64,000 nt of DNA from Dehalococcoidia bacterium (GTDB taxonomy: Bacteria; Chloroflexota; Dehalococcoidia; Lucifugimonadales; VXLM01), in assembly GCA_965219245.1 (NCBI GenBank), contig OZ244722.1, forward strand, positions 3,938,947 through 4,002,946. Reading direction: 5' to 3'. The notes under the pieces are model-generated. The model saw nothing but the letters and a program-made list of their open reading frames with translations. It was not told where the DNA came from and did no database searches. Both the position numbers and the translations under genes were made by a program. Numbering within the stretch: position 1 is the stretch's first letter; the number at the start of each line of letters is the position of its first letter. Below are positions 55,045-62,712 of this stretch, piece by piece.

Positions 55045-55722
55045 ATGACTAGCCTCAAGAACGCTAAACGGGGTCGAGTCCTGGAGGTGATTGCCAAGTA
55101 CGGCAAATGCATGGAGCTCATTTCCATGGACCCCAACTTCCACGAAATCTCCGTCGGGCTGTACTTCAAGGACGGCACAGGCACGGTGTGGACATTCAGC
55201 GGGAGACCCGGCGTCGAGAAGCGCGTCGAGGAAATTCGGGACCAGCTTGTCGAGCTCGGGGACATGGTCCCCGTCGAGGGTACCCACAACCAAGCGAGAT
55301 TCCCCGACGGCGAGATTTACGTCCGACCACTCCGGTTTCTGCTGCGGCAGGCAGTGGAAAAGCCGTTCGGCACCCGACACCCCGATGGCCGCATCGAGAT
55401 CAAGGACCTCCGCTCCCCGCTCCAAGTCATCGCAACGCCGGAGCAGGCAGATGATCGCTGGATCTACCGAATCACGGCCGAAGGCGAATACAAGAACCCC
55501 AGAATGCGCGTCCGCGCCATCACTCAGGGTTTCGTCCGCTACGGCGAGATGGAAAAGGTCGACGTCGACGCCGTGACCTTCCCCCACGGTGGCCGCAGGG
55601 ACTCCCTGATGCGCCTCATCCTCCCCTACGCCCGCAACGTCACCGGCACCGCCGACATGCTCGAAGCCGAGGCCCTCCGCGGCCAGATGACCACGGGAAC
55701 CTTGGGGTTCTCGCAGACGTAG
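55045..55722 (+). CDS. hypothetical protein, no recognisable motif
   Basis: 225-aa ORF. GAGGAG precedes the ATG, 30 nt after the Hcy methyltransferase stop. Confidence 0.5.
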   Translation: MTSLKNAKRGRVLEVIAKYGKCMELISMDPNFHEISVGLYFKDGTGTVWTFSGRPGVEKRVEEIRDQLVELGDMVPVEGTHNQARFPDGEIYVRPLRFLLRQAVEKPFGTRHPDGRIEIKDLRSPLQVIATPEQADDRWIYRITAEGEYKNPRMRVRAITQGFVRYGEMEKVDVDAVTFPHGGRRDSLMRLILPYARNVTGTADMLEAEALRGQMTTGTLGFSQT

Positions 55723-55732
55723 GGGGCAAATC

Positions 55733-55945
55733 TTGAGTACGGTCTTTACCATAGAAATCGAGGAAGAAGTCGACGGCCGCTGGATCGCCGATGTAATCGA
55801 GATACCGGGCGCAATGGCCTACGGCAGAACCCAGGAGCAGGCCATCGCAAAGGCGCAGGCTATTGCCCTGCGTGTACTTGCAGAACGCCTGGAACACGGG
55901 GAGGCTAGCCCAGAATTCGTTAACGTATCGTTCCAAGCGGCATGA
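55733..55945 (+). CDS. hicB: HicB-family antitoxin
   Basis: FTIEIEEEVDGRWIADVIEIPGAMAYGRTQEQAI matches the HicB/UPF0150 fold. Overlaps hicA by ATGA. Confidence 0.75.
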   Translation: MSTVFTIEIEEEVDGRWIADVIEIPGAMAYGRTQEQAIAKAQAIALRVLAERLEHGEASPEFVNVSFQAA

Positions 55946-56157
55946 CGAGTCGATGGCCCAGCACTCGTGCCAGAAGAGTTCTGGCAGCCCTTCTACGAAA
56001 GGGGTGGATGATAAAGAGGCAGTCAGGCTCACATAGAACTTTGTCAAAGGAAGGTTGGCCCGACTATACTTTCGCTTTTCATGATCGAGAGGAAATTGGC
56101 CCTCGCCTATTGGCTCGAATCGGCAAAAACACCGGGTTAGAGCCGAAGGACTTGTAG
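55942..56157 (+). CDS. hicA: HicA-family toxin (mRNA interferase)
   Basis: LLRKGWMIKRQSGSHRTL is the HicA/YcfA signature. Confidence 0.75.
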   Translation: MTSRWPSTRARRVLAALLRKGWMIKRQSGSHRTLSKEGWPDYTFAFHDREEIGPRLLARIGKNTGLEPKDL

Positions 56158-56159
56158 CA

Positions 56160-57113
56160 ATGGTAGAACTAGCAAAAATTGAAAAGGTCGAACTCCGCGA
56201 ACAGTGGCCGAACGAAGCAGACGACTTCACGCCGTGGCTTCAGGACAATATGGAGTTGCTTGGCGACGCATTGGGAATAGAGTTGGAAGTTCAACAGCGC
56301 GAAGCTTCTGTCGGAACATTCTCGCTCGACCTATTGGCGCGTGATGTTGGCAACAACCGTCCAGTCATAATCGAAAACCAATTGGAACCAACAGACCACT
56401 CCCATCTCGGTCAGTTGCTCACCTACGCGGCCGGATATGAAGCAAGTGCGATCGTTTGGATTGCCAAAGAGTTTCGGGACGAACACAGGGCTGCGCTAGA
56501 CTTCCTAAATGGTCGTACGGGCGAAGATACCGAGTTCTTCGGGGTGGCTGTCGAGCTCTGGAAGATCGAAAACTCTAGGCCTGCCCCGCACTTCATGGTC
56601 GTGTCGGCTCCAAACGATTGGCAGAAGGGAACTAAGTCACAAACCACCCAAAGGTCGGAACGAGGTGAAAGGTACCGGGAGTTCTTCCAGCCTCTCATGG
56701 ACAGATTGAGGGAGGACGATAGATTCACCCGCGCACGTCAAGTCCGCAAAGCGCTGCCGCAAAACTGGTGTAGTTTTTCCACAGGCTATAGAGAAGGTAC
56801 GAGCTATAACCTCCAACTTGACGCTTACAAGAGAGCTAGAGTCGACGTTTATATTAACAGTCGCGATAAAGAATGGAACAAGTGGCTATTCGACCAACTT
56901 GAGGAGCGCAAAGGTAAAATCGAATCCGAGATCAAAAGCAATTTCGAGTGGGAAAGTCGGGAAGATCAAGCGGTTTGCCGCATATCCGTAGTGGTGCCGG
57001 GCTCGATTGACGATGACCCGGAAAAGCTGGAAGAAATCCGCGAATGGATGTTTGACAAGCTCATTGACTTCGAGCGCGTATTCGGCCCGATACTGGCCGA
57101 GTTGGTGGAGTAG
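56160..57113 (+). CDS. PD-(D/E)xK-like nuclease N-domain fused to DUF4268
   Basis: FSLDLLARD...PVIIENQLEPTDHSHLGQLLTYAAG (D...ExQ nuclease-like core), then a C-terminal DUF4268-like region (YREFFQPL...). Confidence 0.6.
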   Translation: MVELAKIEKVELREQWPNEADDFTPWLQDNMELLGDALGIELEVQQREASVGTFSLDLLARDVGNNRPVIIENQLEPTDHSHLGQLLTYAAGYEASAIVWIAKEFRDEHRAALDFLNGRTGEDTEFFGVAVELWKIENSRPAPHFMVVSAPNDWQKGTKSQTTQRSERGERYREFFQPLMDRLREDDRFTRARQVRKALPQNWCSFSTGYREGTSYNLQLDAYKRARVDVYINSRDKEWNKWLFDQLEERKGKIESEIKSNFEWESREDQAVCRISVVVPGSIDDDPEKLEEIREWMFDKLIDFERVFGPILAELVE

Positions 57114-57123
57114 GAGACGTACT

Positions 57124-57588
57124 ATGCAGCAGACAAGTGAGACCGGGGCAAAAGTAATCGTAATCAAGCCGGGGGACCCTATTCCTCCGCTTGTCGACCT
57201 CGACGAGGTTTCCAGGGAGGGCCCCGTCTTCGAGGGAACGGACGTGCCTGTGCAGTACATGTTTGAATATCTGGACAGAGTGCATAACCTGCACGCCTTC
57301 TTGGACGACTTCCCGGAGGTAAGTATGGGACAGGCGGTGAAGGCGATCAGGGAGCGCGTCAACGCAACCAGCGTCATTCACAGCAACAGGGACTACGTGA
57401 GCGGCACACCCGTTTTCAAGGGAACGCGTGTGCCGGTTGATACGCTGTTCGATTTTCTGGCAGCAGGCGACAATCTCGAGGAATTCCTTGAGGGCTTTCC
57501 CACTGTAAGCCGTGAACAGGCGATCGAAGCTCTCAACCTTGCCAGGCACGCCTTGGAAAGCATCGCTTATGAAGCAGCTCATAGATGA
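57124..57588 (+). CDS. tandem DUF433 domain protein (antitoxin-like)
   Basis: Two copies of the G.PVF.GT.VPV...F(L/D)..FP.VS pattern (EGPVFEGTDVPV and GTPVFKGTRVPV). Confidence 0.7.
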   Translation: MQQTSETGAKVIVIKPGDPIPPLVDLDEVSREGPVFEGTDVPVQYMFEYLDRVHNLHAFLDDFPEVSMGQAVKAIRERVNATSVIHSNRDYVSGTPVFKGTRVPVDTLFDFLAAGDNLEEFLEGFPTVSREQAIEALNLARHALESIAYEAAHR

Positions 57589-57892
57589 ATCTCTAGACGT
57601 TCGGCTAAGGCATCAGTTCCCTGAACATGACGCTCGGACAGTTGAATATATGGGTTGGAAGAGCATTGGAAATGGTGAACTCCTAGCGTTAGCGCGGCAG
57701 GAGTTTGACGCTTTCATCACGCGGGACCAAAATATACCAGACCAGCAGAACATCACACCGGAGGAAATTCCAATCATAGTGCTTCATGCTCGCTCAAATC
57801 GCATGAGCGACTTAGAACTATTGGTGCCCCAGATTCTTGAAGCGCTGCAAAGCATAAAGCGCGGGCAGGTTGTCCGCATTGAGGCCCCTTAG
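57569..57892 (+). CDS. DUF5615-family PIN-like protein (Mut7-C-like), toxin candidate
   Basis: MKQLIDESLDVRL...ELLALARQEFDAFITRDQN. Overlaps the DUF433 gene by 20 nt. Confidence 0.65.
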   Translation: MKQLIDESLDVRLRHQFPEHDARTVEYMGWKSIGNGELLALARQEFDAFITRDQNIPDQQNITPEEIPIIVLHARSNRMSDLELLVPQILEALQSIKRGQVVRIEAP

Positions 57893-58025
57893 AAAAGGGA
57901 GACACAATATGTCACTTGGAGCAGATTTGGGAGTGAGGGGAATAAGGAAAACCGTGGAGTCTAAACGAGTGCTGGGGCTGATGCCGGCGAGGCTCGCTCA
58001 ATAGGAATGAAGTGAGGTTGCCAAG

Positions 58026-58304
58026 ATGGTCGAAAAAACTTTCTCTGTTACCCTACCCGACTATATTCTCCCGGGCTTTGGCTGGCAGGAGTCGGAAGCG
58101 CCCTATCGCATCCGAGAAGCATTAGTGATGGAACTGCTTCGGCTCGACCGCATATCCGAAGCTGAAGCTGCCGAATCGCTTGAACTCGACCGATGGGACC
58201 TGCTGACCGTGATGGGAAGGTACCGGATACCCGCCATTCGAATCACCCCTGAAGAATTGAGAGACGAACTTGCTAGGAGCATCGAAGACGCTAAACCGAG
58301 ATGA
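58026..58304 (+). CDS. UPF0175-family antitoxin
   Basis: REALVMELLRLDRISEAEAAESLELDRWDLLTVMGRYRIP is typical of UPF0175. Confidence 0.7.
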   Translation: MVEKTFSVTLPDYILPGFGWQESEAPYRIREALVMELLRLDRISEAEAAESLELDRWDLLTVMGRYRIPAIRITPEELRDELARSIEDAKPR

Positions 58305-58768
58305 TTGTATCCGACAGCGGACCAATTATTGCCCTCAGCAGAATTGGACGCATGGACATATTGAGGCGTCTCTTCGGACAAGTCATTGTACCGAACGCCG
58401 TATATGAGGAACTTGTAATCGCAGGCAAAGGGAAGCCCGGCGCTGCCGAAGTGAGGCGTAGTTCATGGATTCAAAGCCGCGAAGTGAGGAATCGAGAGGA
58501 CATGATTGCGTTCCCATCAAGCCTTCACAGAGGGGAACGAGAGGCGATTGTCCTTGCTCACGAGTTTGGGATACCGTTACTCATTGATGAAAGGCGAGGC
58601 AGGCGGACGGCGGTAGAAATGGGAATTAATGTGATGGGAATCCTCGCCATTCTTGCTCAAGCTCATAAAGAAAGAATCATTGAGGATGTACCCTCGTTGA
58701 TACAGGATCTTCTAAACGCTGGTTATTGGATAAACCCCGAAGTCGTAGATGCATTCCTCGCAAGTTGA
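58301..58768 (+). CDS. DUF3368-family PIN-like nuclease (toxin candidate)
   Basis: VSDSGPIIALSRIGRMDIL, VPNAVYEEL, GEREAIVLA, LIDERRGR. 4-nt overlap with the UPF0175 gene. Confidence 0.7.
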   Translation: MIVSDSGPIIALSRIGRMDILRRLFGQVIVPNAVYEELVIAGKGKPGAAEVRRSSWIQSREVRNREDMIAFPSSLHRGEREAIVLAHEFGIPLLIDERRGRRTAVEMGINVMGILAILAQAHKERIIEDVPSLIQDLLNAGYWINPEVVDAFLAS

Positions 58769-58784
58769 AGAAAGGAGACACACC

Positions 58785-59846
58785 ATGTCACTCCAAGAGA
58801 CAATGACCCCCAGAGAACGTGTGCTGAACGCCCTCGCGGGCAAGCCGGTCGACAGGACGCCCGTGTCGAATCCCACGAATGTGGCGACCGTCGAGCTTAT
58901 GGACATGGTCGACGCGCCGTTCCCGGACGCCAACCGCGACCCGGAGATGAACGCGCGACTCGCCGCTACGGGCTACACCGAGCTCGGCTTCGACTCGATC
59001 ATGCCCTACTTCACCATCATTCAGGAGTCGTCGGCGCTCGGCTGCGAGATGCAGTGGGAGGAGAAGGACAACTGGCCCACCGTGCGCATGAACAACCCGA
59101 TCTGGGACGGCCCCGACGACGTGCACATCCCCAGCGGGTTCCTCGAGCACAAGGACAACGTCGCCATCACCCGCTCCCTCTCCATCCTGCAGCGGGAGTT
59201 CGGCGACGAGGTCGCCATCATCGGCAAGACGATGGGGCCTTGGACCCTCGCCTACCACGTCTTCGGCGTGGAGAAGTTCCTGCTCATGTCCATCGACGAC
59301 CCGGCCATGACCCTGGAGACGCTCCACAAGCTCAAGGAGATATCGGTCCTCTTCGGCCAGGCGCAGATCGACGCCGGGGCCGACGCCCTCACCTTCCCCG
59401 ACCACGCGACCGGCGACCTCGTGAGCGGCGCGTACTACGACCGCTTCCTGCTGGAGATTCACCAGGAGATGGTTGAGCGTCTTCAGGCGCCGTTGATCCT
59501 TCACATCTGCGGCAAGACCGTCGATCGGATGGCAGCCATCGCCAAGAGCAACATGGCCGCATTCCACTTCGACTCCAAGAATGATCCGCAGGAGGCAATG
59601 GACACCGTCGACGGCGGCATCCAACTCGTTGGCAACATAAACAACCCCGTCACGCTGTACTCGAAGGGGCCGGAGGAGGTCCGCGCCGAGGTCTATCGCG
59701 CCCTTGATGCAGGGGTCAACATGATCGCCCCGGAGTGCGCGATTCCCCTTGCCACGAAGCTCGAAAACCTCCTCGAAATTCCCCAGGCCGTCAAGGACTG
59801 GCACGAGGAGCACGACGGCGAGAACGGCAACGGCGCGTCGGCGTAG
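58785..59846 (+). CDS. uroporphyrinogen-decarboxylase-family methyltransferase (MtaA/MtbA/CmuA-like, methylcobamide-dependent)
   Basis: MTPRERVLNALAGKPVDRTPV, GPWTLA, the HICG zinc-ligand region, APECAIP. AAAGGAGA precedes ATG 58785. Confidence 0.75.
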   Translation: MSLQETMTPRERVLNALAGKPVDRTPVSNPTNVATVELMDMVDAPFPDANRDPEMNARLAATGYTELGFDSIMPYFTIIQESSALGCEMQWEEKDNWPTVRMNNPIWDGPDDVHIPSGFLEHKDNVAITRSLSILQREFGDEVAIIGKTMGPWTLAYHVFGVEKFLLMSIDDPAMTLETLHKLKEISVLFGQAQIDAGADALTFPDHATGDLVSGAYYDRFLLEIHQEMVERLQAPLILHICGKTVDRMAAIAKSNMAAFHFDSKNDPQEAMDTVDGGIQLVGNINNPVTLYSKGPEEVRAEVYRALDAGVNMIAPECAIPLATKLENLLEIPQAVKDWHEEHDGENGNGASA

Positions 59847-59883
59847 CCCGCGAATTGCCGAGTTGGGCTTGAAAGCGGAACAC

Positions 59884-60262
59884 GATTGTTTTCGATAAGT
59901 CACATAAACGATAATAACGGCCACAACTCTTTTCGCTTCCGCTAATAAGGAACGGCGTGGCAGCGGCCTCTGAGCGAAAATGCCGGCCTCATGGCCGTCC
60001 GGCGGAAGGGATTGTTTTCGTAAAGTTACATAAACGATAATAACGGCCATGACTCTTTTCGCTTGCGGTAACAAGGAACGGCGTGGCAGCAGCCTCTGAA
60101 CGAAAACGTCAGCCTTATGGCCGTCCGGTGAAAAGACTTGTTTTCGATAAGTCGCATAAATGATAATAACGGCCATGATTCTTTTCGCTTCCGCTAATAG
60201 GGAATGGCGTGACAACAGCCTCTGAACGAAAACGCCAGCCTCATGGCCGTCCGGTGAACTGT
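59884..60262. repeat. three tandem copies of a 126-bp unit (about 85% identity by eye)
   Basis: Unit starts at 59884, 60010 and about 60136. Each contains TGTTTTCG..CATAAACGATAATAACGGCCA..CGAAAA..ATGGCCGTCCGG. Confidence 0.85.
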
Positions 60263-61369
60263 CCTGGGGGCTATCAGGCCTATGTGCCGTCCCCGCTCCC
60301 TCCACGCCTGATGTGGGATGAAGGACTCACCCTCAGTCTCTCATCCGCCGACCGGGCTATCGGCAGGCTTGCGGGCGAAGGACGGCGCTTGCCTAATCCC
60401 CACCTCTTGATACGGCCCTTCGTCCGCAAGGAGGCAGTCCTGTCGAGCCGCATTGAGGGAACCCAGGCGACCCTGGGAGAGCTGCTCGCTGCCGAGGCGG
60501 GCGCCGCCGTGGAGCGAAGCCCTGACGACCTGCGCGAGGTAGGCAACTACGTGGCTGCCCTGGAATATGGCCTCGAACGCCTAGAGACGCTGCCCGTGTC
60601 GCTGCGGTTGGTGCGCGAGATGCACGAACGCCTCATGCGCGGCGTCAGGGGCGACGTGGCCGCGCCCGGGGAGTTCCGGCGCACCCAAAACTGGATCGGA
60701 CCTCCCGGATGCACGCTGAACGACGCCACCTATGTTCCCCCACCCCCCTCGGAACTCATTGCCTGTTTGGATGCATGGGAACGGTTCCTGTATGACGAGA
60801 GACCGCCGCCGCTGGTGCACGCCGCTCTAGTCCACTCCCAATTCGAGGCGATTCACCCGTTTCTCGACGGCAATGGCCGAGTTGGACGCCTGATCATTAC
60901 CCTGCTGCTGGTCAAGCGAGATATCATCCCCTCACCGTTGCTCTATCTGAGCGCCTACTTCGAGGCCACGCGGGAGGAATACTACGCTCGGCTCCTCAGC
61001 ATGACGGAGCGGGGAGAATGGGAGGAGTGGCTGACCTACTTCGTGAGAGGTGTCGCCCTTCAGTCTGAAGACGCCGTAACCAGGATTCAGCGTATCGACG
61101 ACCTGCTCTCCCTGTGGAAGCGAGAGGTGTCCGGCAGCCGGTCCCAGTTCCCTGAGAAGGTGCTGGACCTCTTCGCAGAGAATCCCTTCTGGACATTGAG
61201 GGGCATAGCTGGCAGACTGAACGTGGCGTTTACGACAGCCCAGCGTGCCATTGACCGCCTGGAAGAGTTGGGCGCCATCGCCCAAGTCGGGAAGGCTCGA
61301 CGCAACAGGGTGTACTGCGCCGGGGCCGTTCTTGACGTCTTGGAAGAGCCGCTCCACCTGCCGGGTTAG
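60254..61369 (+). CDS. Fic/DOC-family protein (AMPylase-type Fido domain + C-terminal winged helix)
   Basis: HPFLDGNGRVGRL matches HxFx(D/E)GNGRxxR. The N-terminal YQAYVPSPLPP is typical. Start uncertain: GTG 60254 or GTG 60209, both inside repeat unit 3. Confidence 0.8.
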   Translation: MNCPGGYQAYVPSPLPPRLMWDEGLTLSLSSADRAIGRLAGEGRRLPNPHLLIRPFVRKEAVLSSRIEGTQATLGELLAAEAGAAVERSPDDLREVGNYVAALEYGLERLETLPVSLRLVREMHERLMRGVRGDVAAPGEFRRTQNWIGPPGCTLNDATYVPPPPSELIACLDAWERFLYDERPPPLVHAALVHSQFEAIHPFLDGNGRVGRLIITLLLVKRDIIPSPLLYLSAYFEATREEYYARLLSMTERGEWEEWLTYFVRGVALQSEDAVTRIQRIDDLLSLWKREVSGSRSQFPEKVLDLFAENPFWTLRGIAGRLNVAFTTAQRAIDRLEELGAIAQVGKARRNRVYCAGAVLDVLEEPLHLPG

Positions 61370-61453
61370 ACGTTCCACAGCGCACGGTATTGCCTAACAC
61401 CTTCCAACCTCTTTATATTGAGACTACCATCCGAAGGACACCATTAGGAAACA

Positions 61454-62497
61454 ATGCCAAGAGTTATCGATTCACCAGAAGAGTTCACCATCGTCGGGGA
61501 GAATATTCATGCCACCCGCGTCCTTCTCCGCAACGGGCGGCGCGCCAAGACACTCGAAGACGGGACCGAGGTCGTGCCGTTCAGGGGACCGAACGGCGAG
61601 CGGCGTATGCTCACCGTCCCCGAGTGGTACAAGTCCACGCAGCCCTACCAGCAGAACCAGATCAAGCATTTCCTCATCGCCATGCGGAAGGGTATCGAGG
61701 ACGATGCCGACGAGCGCGAGGAGGGCAAGGCGTACATCCAGTACGAGGTACGAAGGCAGATACGCGCGGGGGCCAAGTATCTCGACATCAACCCCGACGA
61801 GGTGCACTACGACCTTGAGACCCAGAAGGCCTGCATGAGGTTCGCCGTCGAGGCCGTGCAGGAGGTCTCCCCTATTCCGCCGTCGATAGACTCATCGAAT
61901 TCCGAAATCATCGAGGCGGGACTGACGGCGTACGACGGCTCCGCCGGCAGGCCGATCATCAACTCCGTCGCGGCAGAGCGCATGGAAGCCCTCGATATGG
62001 TCGTCGAGCACAACGCCCGCATGGTCCTCATGTGTACCGGCCCCGACGGCATGCCGCAAAACGACGAGGAGCGAGTCGACAACCTCAAATTCATCATGGA
62101 GCACGTGCAGTCGAAGGGCATCCCCATGGACGACATCTACGTCGACGGCATCATCTTCCCGATCTCCGTCGATCCGCAATACGGGAACCACTACTTCGAC
62201 GCCGTCCGCTCGATCCGCGAGCAGTACGGGAATGACATTCACATCGGCATGGGTCTCAGCAACGTCTCGTTCGGTATGCCTGAGCGACGGCTCCTGAACG
62301 ACACCTTCATCTACCTCGCACTTGAAGCGGGAATCGACGCGGGAATTCTCGACCCCATCGCGACAAAGCTCCATAGGGTATTCGCTCTCGACACCGAGTC
62401 TGAGCCGGTAAAGCTGGCCCTGGACGTCCTCGAAGGCCGAGACGACTTCTGCATGAACTACATCATGGCCTACCGCGACGGCAGGCTGAAGACATAA
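61454..62497 (+). CDS. pterin-binding (DHPS-like) methyltetrahydrofolate:corrinoid methyltransferase module
   Basis: IVGENIH, LDINPD, SIDSS, INSV and GMGLSNVSFG resemble the MeTr/AcsE/MetH pterin domain. Confidence 0.75.
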   Translation: MPRVIDSPEEFTIVGENIHATRVLLRNGRRAKTLEDGTEVVPFRGPNGERRMLTVPEWYKSTQPYQQNQIKHFLIAMRKGIEDDADEREEGKAYIQYEVRRQIRAGAKYLDINPDEVHYDLETQKACMRFAVEAVQEVSPIPPSIDSSNSEIIEAGLTAYDGSAGRPIINSVAAERMEALDMVVEHNARMVLMCTGPDGMPQNDEERVDNLKFIMEHVQSKGIPMDDIYVDGIIFPISVDPQYGNHYFDAVRSIREQYGNDIHIGMGLSNVSFGMPERRLLNDTFIYLALEAGIDAGILDPIATKLHRVFALDTESEPVKLALDVLEGRDDFCMNYIMAYRDGRLKT

Positions 62498-62526
62498 AAT
62501 GTCGTCAAATGTCGCGGTTTGTCGCC
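62497..62526 (+). promoter_or_regulatory. three TGTCG direct repeats with 10-bp phasing
   Basis: AAATGTCGTC AAATGTCGCG GTTTGTCGCC, starting at the methyltransferase stop codon, about 190 nt upstream of the corrinoid protein gene. Confidence 0.3.
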
Positions 62527-62712
62527 TATTTCACGGTTTTTCCTACCGTCGAGATGGCAGCCCGGCCATCCATAGGGCACGCCGCGGGCTAGTGCGACTA
62601 TCCCATTTTTCAGGTTCCAGAGCCCTTGGAACGCTGGGGAATAATTTGACAAAACCCCGTATCTGGCCGAATAATACGTACCCTGTGATACCGACCACAA
62701 ATGGAGCGTTGT

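Noticed and set aside
59884-60262. CRISPR array.
   Set aside because: The whole 126-bp units repeat with no unique spacers between short repeats, and no cas genes are present in the window.
58788-60305. 505-aa minus-strand ORF containing three 42-aa repeats (SPDGHEAG.F.QRLL.R.SLL.EAKR.MAVII.Y.T.RKQ).
   Set aside because: Most of it is antisense to the well-supported MtaA-like gene. The repeats merely reflect the 126-bp (42-codon) tandem DNA repeat. Differences between units are mostly non-synonymous in this frame, so there is no sign of coding constraint.
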